Source: Felis catus (taxonomy: Eukaryota). Taken from it: a stretch of 64,000 nt of DNA. The translations under genes and the position numbers were made by a program. Shown here in pieces: positions 1 through 12,530 of the stretch (its first letter is position 1; each line of letters begins with the position of its first letter). Location: the NCBI RefSeq assembly GCF_018350175.1, contig NC_058368.1:90396001-90460000 (forward strand). Reading direction: 5' to 3'. The notes under the pieces are model-generated. The model was not told where the DNA came from. It saw only the letters and a program-made list of their open reading frames with translations, and did no database searches.

Positions 1-36
1 AGCACTTTTTAAACTTAATATTTTTTTGTTTTTCAG

Positions 37-125
37 ACTTACGGCGAGGGTTCCGGTGCTGACTGTAGACGCCATGTCCAAAAATTAAATCTGCTGCAGG
101 GACAGATTTCAGAGATGTCACTCAG
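37..125 (+). CDS. MRNIP: MRN complex interacting protein, internal exon (orthologue of human exon 3); gene starts upstream of the window
   Basis: tttcag|ACT...CTCAG|gtaca; translates TYGEGSGADCRRHVQKLNLLQGQISEMSL(R), matching the recalled MRNIP/C5orf45 N-terminal domain. Confidence 0.93.
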
Positions 126-501
126 GTACAGTTGTTTGAAAAGGGGACAGTTATCTTGTCCTGTGTTCATCTTGAGTGATTAGTGGAAGTTTTATATGGA
201 GAAAGCTTTTTCTATATGGTGATTAGTTATCCTAACACTCTTCCAACTGAAAATAACTAAAATTTGTCAGCTATGATATTTTAAGTACACTGATGAGATG
301 ATGGAAGTAAATGAAATACCAGAAGTCAAAAATGAAGCAAAAGCCAAAATTCAGAGAGTAAGTACCTGGGCTGTTGAGGCAATTGAAGCCTAGTGTTCTG
401 GAACTTTCATTTAGGTGATTGGGAGGGGTGCAAGAGACAAAGACAAGGCCTGTTCAGCATGGGAAGGTCAGTAGGAGACCACGACATAAAGCCGAGTCCC
501 C

Positions 502-713
502 AGGGCGCCTGGGTGGCTCAGTCAGTTAAGCGTCCGACTCTTGATTTGGGCTCAGGTTATGATCTCCTGGTTCATGGGATTGAGCCCCACATCAAATTCT
601 ATGCTGACAGTGTGGAACCTGTTAGGGATTCTCTCTCTCCTTCACTTTCTCTGCCCCTCCCCCGCTTGTACATTCTCTCTCTCAAAATAAATAAATAAAT
701 ATTTTTTTTAAAA
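502..713 (+). mobile_element. Can-SINE
   Basis: GGGCGCCTGGGTGGCTCAG head, CT tract, A tail; flanking duplication aaagc(c/t)gagtcccca. Confidence 0.9.
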
Positions 714-1144
714 AAGCTGAGTCCCCAAAAGACTACACCCTCCATGAATTAATTGAACTAGAAATGCACCCTCTTTGCAGCCTGCCTGTGTTGACCTTGG
801 TGCTGGCCAAAGAGAGGAAATCTCTCTCCAGGGTATAATAAACACAAGAAATCTATCACATGGCTTTTCAGTCTTCTACATGCACTGTGTGAAAAGCCTC
901 AAGCGGAGAATTTATTTTTGAATTGTCCAAGGAAGCAGAGGTAAATATAGCTCCTCTGGAGCATACATCTTCAGCCTAGATCTGAATGTTTAATATAGTT
1001 AATGAAATAAAAGAGAAGGTTGATAATGTAAGAAGCAAGGGACTTCAAGGCACCTGGCTGGTTCAGTTGGTGGTAGAGCATGTGACTCTTGACCTCGGGG
1101 TCATGAATTGGAGCCCCACGTTGGAGATTACAAAAAAAAAAGGC

Positions 1145-2465
1145 AAATGACTTTAGAAAATGACCAAGTACATTTGAAAAAGAACCAGAAAGAGTTTGTA
1201 GAAATTAAAAGTATAATCATTGAAATTAAAAATTCAGTGGACAGATTGAGCATTAAATGTAGCTGAAGAGAGAATCAGTGAAATGGAAGATAAATCTGAA
1301 GAAAGTATTCACAGTGCAACACAGAAAGATAAAAAGGTGGAAAATGTGAGTTGAGAAACATGGAAACTAAGGGAAGAGTTCGGCAAGAGGGAGTTAAGAA
1401 AGCAGGGTAAAGGCAATATTTGAAGAGAAAAGACTAGAGCATTTTCTAGAATCAAAGGCTTATATTCTTAGATTTAGGAAACAATAAATCTCAAACTGGA
1501 ACAAGTCATTATTTTATTTGCAAACACCATGATTATGTATGTAGGAAATCCTGATGAAACTACACAAATGCTACTAGAGCTAATATTTTAGCAAGATCAC
1601 AAGGATACAAAGTCAACGTACAAAATTAAATTATTTCTATATAAATGCTATGAACAATTGGAAAATGATTTTTTAAATCAAATACCATTTAGAACAGCAT
1701 CAAAAATTAGATACTTAGGGATAAATATAACAAAAATGTGTCAGATCTGTTCAGTATAAACCATAAAACATTGCTAAGGAAATTAAAAGGTCTAAGTTAA
1801 TGAAGAGGTCATGTTCATGGATTGGAAAATTCAATATCATGAAGATTTCAGTTTATCCTAAATTGGTTGGTAGAGACCACCTAATCCAAATCAAAATTAC
1901 AGTGGTGTTTTTTGTTTGTTTGTTTGTTTGTTTGTTTGTTTGGTAAAAATTGGCAAACTAATTCTAAAATTTATATAGAAATCCAAGTACCTAGAATTAC
2001 CAAAACAATTCTGATAAGAACAAAGCTGGAGGATTTCTACTGCCTAATTTCAAGGTCTACTATGATGCTGCAGTGACTGAGTGCAATATCTGTATGTGGA
2101 CATACAGAAGGTTAATGGATAAACACATTGAGGTATGTTCATGCAGTGGCATACTACAACAGAAACAACATGGGCAAATCTCAAAAACATTGCTAAGTGA
2201 GAGAAGCCGACACAAAAGACTACCTGCTGAATGGATCAGTGTGGTTTTCTAGGGGAGAGAATTGCCTGCCAAGACAGGTATGAGAACTTTTGGGGGTGAT
2301 GAGAATTTTCCATATCTTGTCCATTATATCTCAATGAAAAATGTTTTTGCTGTATCTTGATTGGGGTGATAGTTTGAAAGATCTAATTTATCAAAGCTCA
2401 TCTGTACACTTGAGTTTTAGTGTATGTTATACCTCAAGTTAATTTTTAAGGTTAAAAAAAATTAA
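1145..2465 (+). mobile_element. Old degraded LINE-1 fragments (ORF1, ORF2, 3' end)
   Basis: A-rich; L1-like blocks such as agctgaagagagaatcagtgaa, ttcatggattggaaaattcaatat and aacaaagctggagg; boundaries approximate. Confidence 0.75.
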
Positions 2466-3632
2466 ATGACCCTTAGATGATGACAACAACATAATGAAAT
2501 TAGGGAACATGGAAGACAAAGGGGAGAGCTGAAGAGTAGGTGGAGAGAAGAGAGATCTCCTACAAAGGAACATCAGACACCCGACTTGTCAGTGGTAACG
2601 TCACAAACAAGAACACAGACTGGTATCCTCAGACTGTTGAGAGATGTCCTTTATTGATGGATTTGAGTTCCTGAATCAGAAAGGTGAGCAGACTTCTACC
2701 CAGTGGCTCTAGGTGGCTCTAGGCCACTGCTCTGGTGAACACTGGATTATCAGCCATGTGGCAGGATAGGTGTTTCACATGCATAATCTAATTTCCTCAT
2801 CATAATCACCCTGTGAGGATTATTGGCTTCTGCGTACAGATGAAGAGAATCAAGTACAGACGCCCACATTTGGCAGAGTTGGCAGTTCGCATAGCTCACC
2901 AGGGAGAGTGCCCTCCTGATTGTGTGATGTAACCACCCTGTGTGATGTGGGTGGGGCTGGCCTTGTGCTAACCTCCAGCCCTTGCATGGTAAGTATTTAC
3001 CCACCACTCAGTCCCATTAGAGACCACAGAGGCTCTGGCTCCCCACTCTTCTTTATGTGGTGGAAGAGCCCTGATCCTCTTCCCTGTGCTGTTCCCTCCC
3101 TGTGACACACACAGTGCCTCTCCTGTCTTGTAAGGGTTGAGGTATGACTAGAAAGACTTATATAACCCTATGCAGTAGAGACCTCTCCATTGCTGATGGG
3201 AGGGACTCTGTGCTACAGGAGTTCAGCTGACATTACTCTCCGTGTTCCAGGCCCTCAGCCAGGCATGTGCACACACTTTGTCACGTTTGTCTTCACAGTC
3301 ACCCATGCAGTATTGTCTTTTGTGGATGAGGGAAGCGGGGTAAAATGATGAACCCAAAGTCACACTGACAATGACTGCCAGTCATTGGCAAAGCCAGGAT
3401 GCAAACTCTGGTCTCTCCAGCTTTAGAGTCTGCCCTGTGTCACCTTTCCTGTTGTTGGTGCCTCTGCCCAGGCCTCCTGGACTAGATCAGAACAACAGAA
3501 ATAAGATCCTAAGATCCCCTAGAATAGCCTTTGATGGCTGTTGTCAAGTATTTGTGTCCTGCTGTTCTCCTCTCCTTGCCCTTCGTCTTCCTGGTCATTT
3601 TACTAAGGACACATGTACAATCTTTCACTAAG

Positions 3633-3708
3633 GTCTCTGGAAGAACCTGTAAATATTGACGAAGAGGACAATGCAGAGCCTCAGCAGGCTGAGCATGTGA
3701 GTTCACAG
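3633..3708 (+). CDS. MRNIP: MRNIP exon (human exon 4 equivalent)
   Basis: ctaag|G TCT CTG GAA...TCA CAG|gtaagc; SLEEPVNIDEEDNAEPQQAEHVSSQ; phase fits the previous exon. Confidence 0.9.
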
Positions 3709-4879
3709 GTAAGCCAGCAGCTCTGTCTCTGTGTCACAGAGGGGGTTCCATTTATTCATCTGTTGATCTTTTGTTCAACAGTGCTATCAACAACGGGCAC
3801 TTGGCTTAAAGCTACTGGAAACACAACAAAGAGTAAACCTATCCCTTTTGTACCAGTAATGTGTGTACCAGTAATTACGGTACTCTGAACGGGGCCTTGT
3901 CTTTGGCTGGGAGAACTCTGAAATTAGCTTGAACTTTACCTCCCCGTGTTTCTCCCCTTGTCCCGCAGTGCTCTGGGCACACCTCTGACAGGGAAAAGGT
4001 GCTATTGTACAGTACCTGGCTTTCACATTTCCTTTCTCCAGACTGGGCCTCCCAGCAGGGCTCACATCCAGCTTTCTGTCCCAGTGCCTAGGAAAGTAGG
4101 TGCTCAGACAGTGTTGGCTGGGCAGTGTGTGTAAGAGCTTGAGTGAATGAGGAAGTGATGCCATTGGTACATCCAAGGTGCTGTGGGTACTCAGTGCTGT
4201 GTCCTGCTGGGGACAGGGTTAGTGGGAACAGCTGCCAGGGGCCCCCTGCCCACCTGAGGACAGAGCCTGCCTCCACTCACAGAATCACATTGGCAATGTC
4301 AGTTGCTTGGCAATGTCGCTCGCTTTTCCTGTTTTTATTATAAACAAGAGCCCTGCTCCTAAGTACATCACCTTAACCCAGAAGCTCTCACATACTTGGT
4401 TCTATACTTCCAATTCTGTCCACTTAGGGACTTAATTTTACATCATTGTTATTACAAGAAATGCTAGTTTGCACCCTGGAGTCTTCACTTATGTTGTTCT
4501 TGTGTCGCAGTAGAGTTTTCAGTGATGTCCAGTATTTACGGAATATAGTGGATGTAACCAGTGTTTGTTCCATGATGACCGGGCATGTAGATTATTTCCA
4601 GATTTTTGCTATGATACATATTTGCTGTGGTTCATATCACTTTGATGAGCATCTTTGTGCCTTTGTCTTCATTTGGAACCCCTAGGTCAGGGAGCATGGA
4701 CATTTGTAAATTTCCTTGATGAGCTGTGCCCTGTATCTTTCCCCTGGCCTGTGCCAGTGTGCACAGTCCCCAGTGGTGCCTCAGGACACCCATCTCCCCA
4801 TTACCTTCCAGCGAAATACCTTTCCTGGTGACAAGGGAGATGTGGGTCCTGAGAATAAACTTACTTCCCAATCCTGTAC

Positions 4880-5037
4880 GAAAAACCTCAGTCCTCAGAG
4901 AACCGCTGGCTGAAGTATCTGGAAGGAGACTCAGAAGAACAGGGGATGGAAGGAGGAGGAGTGTGTTTCAAGACACAGCCCTTGTCCAGGACAGAGAAGA
5001 CGGACCCTCCCTTCAACACAGGCCTGCCTAGAAAAAG
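4880..5037 (+). CDS. MRNIP: MRNIP exon (human exon 5 equivalent); true start may be 4892
   Basis: EKPQSSENRWLKYLEGDSEEQGMEGGGVCFKTQPLSRTEKTDPPFNTGLPRK(R), donor AG|gtgcca; the homologous acceptor reads tgtAC, and the next in-frame AG is at 4890-4891. Confidence 0.85.
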
Positions 5038-5723
5038 GTGCCAAGCTAGTCACTAATCCAGCCATCGCCCCATACCCACAGTGACTCACAGATGGCGGGG
5101 AGCGATGGGCAACCTCTAGCAGCCAGCAGCATGGGGGAAGTCTGAGTGGCGATGGCCAGCAGCTAGCTTCACCAGGCCCTCCTTGGCCTCACCAGGTGCC
5201 AGATGCTGCCGCACAGAGGTGAGAGGTGCGGGGTGCCAGTATGAGCACCTTTTATGGTGCTCACTTAATTGTGACTGCACTGATCCCCAGAAGAATTGAC
5301 AAAGTGAAGTGTGGCCAGAGTGGCTTACAGGCCTGGGAGCTTATAACCTACAGCAGGAAAGACCTGACCTCTTACAGGTGTCTTCTCCTGTAGGCATACT
5401 CTGTGTTTCTGCAATTCTTCTGAGACACTGCCTTATCTAGATCCACGGTGGCTCCCATAGGGCGAGTGATTTATTTGAAGGTAGATTCCAATTCAAAATA
5501 AGAACTTTCTAGCAACTACGAGCTATGGAGCAGAAATGGACGGCCTTGCATGTTGTTGGGCAGCCTGTTATTGGCAATGGAGGAGAAGCAGAGAAGCCAC
5601 CTTGGAAGCTGTATGGGAGGACAATTACCTGTGCTAGAAGTCACACCTGGTGACCACCAAGTCAGGATCAGGACCCTGTGAGGTGATAGGACTAGATTCT
5701 TGACAGAACTTTATCTCCACCAG

Positions 5724-5811
5724 GAAATGGATCCAGAGCACAGACCGTCCTCCACACAGCCCTGATGTCTGGAACCCGAGTGACTCTGAGATTCCCTTGG
5801 AGCCTCAGAAG
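5724..5811 (+). CDS. MRNIP: MRNIP exon (human exon 6 equivalent)
   Basis: ccaccag|G AAA TGG...CAG AAG|gtcagt; KWIQSTDRPPHSPDVWNPSDSEIPLEPQK; completes the basic RKRK motif. Confidence 0.88.
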
Positions 5812-6384
5812 GTCAGTGAATGAGGACAGTGTTTCTCTTCTGGTCCTAGTAACTACTGAACACACTATAGAATTTTTTTTTTTAAATGTTTATTCAATTT
5901 TGAGAGAGAGGGAGACACAATTCGAAGCAGGCTCCAGGGTTTGAGCTGTCAGCACAGAGCCCAATGAGGGGCTTGAACTCACAAACTGTGAGATCATGAC
6001 CTGACCTGAAGTTGGATGCTTACCCTTGAGGTATCCAGGCGCCTGAACCACACATAGAATTTTTTAACACCCAAGTGTTTTGTCTGCTTTGACTTAAGCC
6101 AACTCCTTTCTCTGGCTTGTACCATTTCCCTGCCGTATTCAATCTCTCAGTGATGTGAGCTCCTAGTCAAAAGGACAGCTTGATCAACGAAGGTTAGCCA
6201 CTAGGGCTTTTCTGAGTCAGGAATTTTCTCTTCCTTCTACATGCAGTGGAGGGTCTTTGTCAGACTAGCCAACATGGGATCTGCCCTGGATTTCTAAGGA
6301 ATTGCTCCCATCCTCACCTTCAGTTACCCAAGTGTGTTCTTTTGCACTGAGACACTGTCTTCCCCTAGGTTCTGCTCTTGTTCT

Positions 6385-9300
6385 TTTTAATTATTGGAGT
6401 ATAGTTGACATACAGTTATATTGATGTACAACAGAGTGATTTAGCAGTTCAATACATGAATCAGTGCTCACCATGATAAATATAGTCATTGTCACCATAC
6501 ATTATTACAGTATGATATTTCCTATGCTGTTTTTCATCTCTATGACTTACTTATTTTATCACTGGAAGTTTGTATCTTTTCATCCCCTTCATTTATTTTG
6601 CCCATCTCCTCATCCCCTTCCGCTTGGGCGACCACCAGTTCTCTGTATTTATGAATTTGTTTTTATGGCTGAGTAATATTCCATTATATAGATATATACC
6701 ACATCTTTATCTACTCATCTATCATCAATGGGCACTTGGGATGTTTCCATATCTTGGCTGTTATAAATAATGTTGCAGTAAACATAAGGGCACATATATC
6801 TTTTTGAATTAGTGTTTTTGCTTTCTTTGGGTAAATACCCAGTAATGAAATTACTGGATCATATGGTATTTCTATTTTTAATTTTTTGAGGAAATTCCAT
6901 ATAGCTTTCCACTGTGGTTACACCAGTTTATATTCCCACCAACAGTGCACTAGGGTTACTTTTTCTCCTTGTCTTCCCCAGTACTTGTTATTTCTTGTCT
7001 TTTTTTTTTTTAACGTTTATTAATTATTGAGAGACAGACACAGGATGTGAGCAGGGGAGGGGTAGAGAGAGAGGGAGACACAGAATCTGAAGCGGGCTTC
7101 AGGCTCCGAGCTGTCAGCACAGAGCCTGACGCGGGGCTCGAACTCACGAACCGTGAGATCATGACCTGAGCCGAAGTCGGTCGCCCAACCGACGGAGCCA
7201 CCCAGGCGCCCCNNNNNNNNNNNNNNNNNNNNNNNNNNNNNNNNNNNNNNNNNNNNNNNNNNNNNNNNNNNNNNNNNNNNNNNNNNNNNNNNNNNNNNNN
7301 NNNNNNNNNNNNNNNNNNNNNNNNNNNNNNNNNNNNNNNNNNNNNNNNNNNNNNNNNNNNNNNNNNNNNNNNNNNNNNNNNNNNNNNNNNNNNNNNNNNN
7401 NNNNNNNNNNNNNNNNNNNTTATAAGTTCTTTATATTTTAAGGATATTAACCCCTTTTCAGATATGTTATTTGCAAATATCTTCTTCCATTCAGTACACA
7501 TTACCTTTTCATTTTGTTTATGGCTTTCTTCACTATGCAAAAGCTTTTTGTTTTTATGTGTTCCCAGTATTTTATTTTTGCTTTTGTTTCCCTTGCCTGA
7601 GGAGTCATAGCCATAAATATGTTGCTAAGGCCATTGTTCAAGAGCATATTGTATATATTGTCTTTTAAGAGTTTTATGGTTTCAGATCTCACATTTAGGT
7701 CTTTAACCCCCTTTTTCTTTTGAAAGTTTTTTTTTTTTTTAAGTTTATTTATTTTGAGAGAGAGAGAGAGCTTGTGCATGAGTATGTGAGTGGGGCAGGG
7801 GCAAAGAGGGAAAGAGAGAATCCCAAGTAGGCTCCATGCTGTCAGCACAGAGTCCGATGCAGGGCTCAAACTCATGAACCGTGAGATCGTGACTTGAGCC
7901 GAAATTAAGAGTTGGACACTTAACCGACTGAGCCACCCAGGTGTGCCTAGAAGATATTTAATCCATTTTGAGTTTATTTTTTTGTACAGTGTAAAAAAAA
8001 ATGGTCTAGTTTTCCCACCACCTTTCATTGAAGAGGCTGTCTTTTCCCCCACTGTACATTCTTCCCTTCTTTGTCCTTGATTAACTGACCATATAATCGT
8101 GGGTTTATTTCTGGATTTTCTATTCTGTTCCACTGATCTGTGTGTCCATTTTTTATGCCGATAAGTTTTGATTGCTATACCTTTGTAGTATATTTTGAAA
8201 TCTGTGATTGTTACACCTCCAGCTTTGTTTTTCTTTCTCAAGTTTGCTTTTGCTACTCAGGGTCTTTTGGATTCCATACACATTTAAGGATTGTTTGTTC
8301 TAGTTCTGTGAAAAATGGTATTTTCATGTGGATTGCATTGAATTTCATAGATTGCATAGGGTAGTATGGGACAGTATTAATCCTTCTAATCCATGAGCGT
8401 GGTTTATCTTTCCATTTGTTTGTGTCATCTTCAGTTGCTTTCATCAGTGTCGTACAGTTTTCAGAATATAGGTCTTCTACCTCTTTGGTTAAATTTATTC
8501 CGAGGTATTTTATTCTTTTTGATACAGTCATAAATGGGGTTTTCTTAATTTCTCTGTTATTAGTGTATAGAATTCTCTTATTAGTGTATATTAGTGTATA
8601 GAATTTCTTTCTCTTTTGTTATTAATGTATACAAACACAAGAGATTTCTGCAACTTCACTGAATTCATTTATTCTGATAGTTCCTAGGTGGAGTCTTTAG
8701 AGTGTTCTATATNNNNNNNNNNNNNNNNNNNNNNNNNNNNNNNNNNNNNNNNNNNNNNNNNNNNNNNNNNNNNNNNNNNNNNNNNNNNNNNNNNNNNNNN
8801 NNNNNNNNNNNNNNNNNNNNNNNNNNNNNNNNNNNNNNNNNNNNNNNNNNNNNNNNNNNNNNNNNNNNNNNNNNNNNNNNNNNNNNNNNNNNNNNNNNNN
8901 NNNNNNTGGTATTAACTGTGGGCTTGACATATATGGCCTTTATTATGTTGAAGTGTTTCCTCTAAACCCGTTTTATTGAGAGTTTTTATCATGAATGGAT
9001 ATTGTACCTTGTCAGATGCTTTTCCTGCATCTTATTGGGATGAACAATTGGTTGTTACCCTTCTCTTGTTGATACCATGTATGACATTAACTAATATGCA
9101 AACGTTGAATCACCCTGATGTACCTGGAATAAATCCTACTTGATCATGGCGAATGATGATCCTTTTAACATATTGCTGAAATTGGCTTGCTAAGATATTT
9201 TTGATTCTTGCATCTGTATTCATCAGGGATTTTGGTCCATAATTTTCTTTTCTTGCAGTGCCTTTGTCTGGTTTTGGTATCAGGGTAATGCTGATACAAT

Positions 9301-10270
9301 GCTCATATAATGAATGTACAAGTTTTCTTTCCTCTTCTATTTTTTGGAATAGTGTGAAGAGAATAGGTATTAACTCTTTAAATGTTTGCCAGAATTCAAG
9401 ACTACCAGGGACGGCTGGGAGCAGAGCACACGGTGCTAGCACAGTGTGTGGAGACAGAACTGGCTCCCACACGCATCCCGTTATCCTGGCTGGGGGAGGG
9501 CAAGTGAAATGGTGCCCACTAGCACTTTTTTTTTTTTTTTTCAACGTTTTTTATTTATTTTTGGGAGAGAGACAGAGCATGAACGGGGGAGGGGCAGAGA
9601 GAGAGGGAGACACAGAATCGGAAACAGGCTCCAGGCTCTGAGCCATCAGCCCAGAGCCTGACGCGGGGCTCGAACTCACGGACCGCGAGATCGTGACCTG
9701 GCTGAAGTCGGACGCTTAACCGACTGCGCCACCCAGGCGCCCCTAGCACTTTTGTTCCAGAAGAGAGCTCCTACAGATCCCTGCCCCTCCAGCATATATC
9801 CTAAAATTAGTTAACTAAGATCTTCACATATATACCCAGGTGCTTTTCAAACTACTGTTTCTGTGCTGTGTTGGGCACAGTTATTTATCGTGTTGGCTCT
9901 TTACGGACAGGGACTTGGTTTCCTATCACCCTCCAGCTCTCTTAGTGTTAAGCTCCAGATTTACAAAGCCAGATGTTATATAGGGACTGGTCTTCCCAGT
10001 GCAGGTCCCTGAGGCCAGGGGTGCCTCGTGTGGGGTCTGATCCCTCCCATTTGTGGCCAGTCACTCCAAGGGTTTGGTCCTTGACTGCACTCATGTCTGC
10101 CCCTCCTACCCTTCCCAATATTATCTTGTTACAACTAGCTGTGCAAAGTCTGTCCTGCCATGCTTCACATCATTTTGAGTTAGTTAGGATACATGTAGTT
10201 GTTGCCCCCATATGTCCATGGTACGAGGTAAGCTTAAAATCCTCCTACCCAGCCCCACCACCCTCCCCAC
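6385..10270 (-). mobile_element. Degraded LINE-1, antisense to MRNIP, interrupted by SINEs and gaps
   Basis: Minus-strand peptides resemble L1 ORF2 (IKYLGINLTKEVEDLYSEN, WKKIFAN, SITLIPKPDKG...HDQVGFIPG). Confidence 0.88.
9530..9743 (-). mobile_element. Young felid Can-SINE (SINEC_Fc-like)
   Basis: CpGs intact; TSD tagcactttt at 9520-9529 and 9744-9753. Confidence 0.92.
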
Positions 10271-10295
10271 ACTTCTGCTCGTTCTTGGTGTTTTA

Positions 10296-10523
10296 TTTTT
10301 ATTATTTTTTTTTATTTTTTTCAACGTTTTTTATTTTTGGGACAGAGAGAGACAGAGCATGAACGGGGGAGGGGCAGAGAGAGAGGGATACACAGAATCG
10401 GAAACAGGCTCCAGGCTCCGAGCCATCAGCCCAGAGCCTGACGTGGGGCTCGAACTCACGGACCGCGAGATCGTGACCTGGCTGAAGTCGGACGCTTAAC
10501 CGACTGTGCCACCCAGGCGCCCC
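10296..10523 (-). mobile_element. Young felid Can-SINE (SINEC_Fc-like)
   Basis: Perfect 17-bp TSD tcgttcttggtgtttta at 10279-10295 and 10524-10540. Confidence 0.93.
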
Positions 10524-11336
10524 TCGTTCTTGGTGTTTTAAATCTTCCCAACCCCACTGCACTCAGACTTTGCTTTCTTCTGTCACCGGGGCCACAGGCA
10601 CTAAGGCAGAAGTCTCTGCTGGGCCTCGGTCACTGCATCCCTGCAACATAGGCCAAGGTCAGCCTGGCCAGCCTCACACCGTAGGGCAAAGGTCAAACTT
10701 TGACGTGGCCACTGACTAGCTGTGTGGCCCTGAATCTCCAAGTCCTAGAATAATGACAGTTATTGATCTGCTGGTCCCTCAAACATTTTAACTACATTGT
10801 CACGTGGGATGCCCACACAGGCATGTTTGGTTTTGCAGGTGAGGAACTAAGGCTGCACAATAACGTGGTCCCAGCAAGTCAGGGGCAGGGCCGATGGTGA
10901 TCTTCGGCTGTTACAACCGACCACAAGCCTCTTCCACACTGCCCTCGGGTAGTGATCCAGGGTCCTGCCTGTTCCTACTCTCAGATGCCTTTATAGGCCG
11001 TCAAACCCTGGTTCCAGTGCACACTTGACTCCTGAGGGAAGAGAGGCCAGGCCCCATGCTGTGCTAACCTCCTGGGGTCTTCTGTGCAGCCACTCCCCAC
11101 CCCACCCCACCCCCCACCGGCTTCAAACCTTCCCCCGCGGTTCCAGAGAGACCTTCCCATCTGTTTGACAGTGAGCAGACAGGACAGCTCTTCCCCCCTT
11201 TCTAGATGGTCTCATGGGCCTTTCCTGCTGACCCCTCCTCTCAGGCACCCTCTCACCGGATTCTAAGTTTCCATGGGAATACTCTTTTCTGGAAAGCCTG
11301 GTCATAGAATTTGGCAGAGGATTTGAGGTGAGGGCA

Positions 11337-11342
11337 TTTATT
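11337..11342 (-). terminator. Candidate SQSTM1 poly(A) signal AATAAA, inside the last MRNIP intron
   Basis: First canonical hexamer found by eye on the - strand downstream of the SQSTM1 stop. Confidence 0.5.
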
Positions 11343-11562
11343 TGCCCTGCTTTGCCAAACCACAGAATGAAAGCAGGTCCCTAGCCTGCCAGCACAAGAA
11401 CTAGCAAGCAGGCAGAACAGAGTGAAAAGTGGGAGAACCCTGAGGCAGAGGACACAGCAATGCAGGCACAGGGACCCTTCTCTCCCATCCCTGGGTCCTG
11501 CTGGGCCACTGGCACTTGTTCTGAATGGCGGACCTGATCATCTTCTCTCCTTTCCGTTGCAG

Positions 11563-12048
11563 GACCACACTGGCTTGATGGGGAAGGTCAAAGACAAAAG
11601 CAGTCACAAGGACCAGGGCACCAGGGAGCTTTTTGTTCCTCAGGGGGATCCTCCACAACCTGCCCACCATGTCAGGACCATGCCTTCCAAGTGGGAACGA
11701 TTCCTTCAGCCGCCTGGAAACAGCCAATGTGTGGACATGGAGCCCCCAGTTCCTTTGAATAGAGACCCTAGGCCAGCCGAGGTGGCACTGACTGAGCAGG
11801 GGACCCTTAGGGCCCAGACCCCAAGGGAGAGGTACGTCAGCAGGCCCCATGATGCACCCAAGCTTCTCTGGCTCACACACACACTCACATCCGGCTCCCA
11901 GAGCCCCTGCGTAAAGACCACCAAACAGCCATGGGACACCAATCCTCTGGCAAAGGGTGGGTCCTTAGCCACAGGGGCACAAGAGCCCCCACTTGTGCAA
12001 CTGTGTGACCTCTTTAAAACTGGGGAGGACTTTGAGGACCACTTGTGA
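11563..12048 (+). CDS. MRNIP: MRNIP terminal coding exon
   Basis: ttgcag|GAC CAC; in frame with ORF 11422..12048; contains SKWERFL and ends LCDLFKTGEDFEDHL*, typical of the MRNIP C-terminus. Confidence 0.93.
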   Translation, partial: DHTGLMGKVKDKSSHKDQGTRELFVPQGDPPQPAHHVRTMPSKWERFLQPPGNSQCVDMEPPVPLNRDPRPAEVALTEQGTLRAQTPRERYVSRPHDAPKLLWLTHTLTSGSQSPCVKTTKQPWDTNPLAKGGSLATGAQEPPLVQLCDLFKTGEDFEDHL

Positions 12049-12267
12049 ACTGAAACTAGAATTTTACTAACAGACATATTTGTTTTATGAGCAAATTAGA
12101 CCTCTTGGCCACTGGAAAGGGGGGGCTCCCCAAGTAGCTTTTAAATGGTTCCCATAAATAGGGGTGCCTGGCTGGCTCAGTTGGAAGAGTGTGTGACTTG
12201 AACTCATCCTGAGATAAAGTTTCACACTGGGTGTAGATTTTTTTTTTTTTTTAAAGTTCCCATAAGT

Positions 12268-12489
12268 GGGGCGCCTGGGTGGCGCAGTCGGTTAAGCGTC
12301 CGACTTCAGCCAGGTCACGATCTCGCGGTCCGTGAGTTCGAGCCCCGCGTCAGGCTCTGGGCTGATGGCTCGGAGCCTGGAGCCTGTTTCCGACTCTGTG
12401 TCTCCCTCTCTCTCTGCCCCTCCCCCGTTCATGCTCTGTCTCTCTCTGTCCCAAAAATAAATAAACGTTGAAAAAAATTTAAAAAAAAG

Positions 12490-12529
<40 letters not shown>
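12268..12529 (+). mobile_element. Young felid Can-SINE with a long A tail
   Basis: Perfect TSD aaagttcccataagt at 12253-12267 and 12530-12544; TT/AAAG endonuclease-type site. Confidence 0.94.

Positions 12530-12530
<1 letters not shown>

Noticed and set aside
502-580. tRNA-like A/B-box sequences at SINE heads
   Set aside because: These are the tRNA-derived promoters of Can-SINEs; no complete cloverleaf, so no tRNA gene was called.
3709-4879. Possible U12-type intron ending in AC
   Set aside because: The donor is gtaagc rather than RTATCCTT, and no CCTTAAC branch site lies near the 3' end.
7010-9544. ORFs with reverse-transcriptase-like peptides
   Set aside because: Fragmented, frameshifted L1 ORF2 fused to SINE sequence and N-gaps; not a functional gene.
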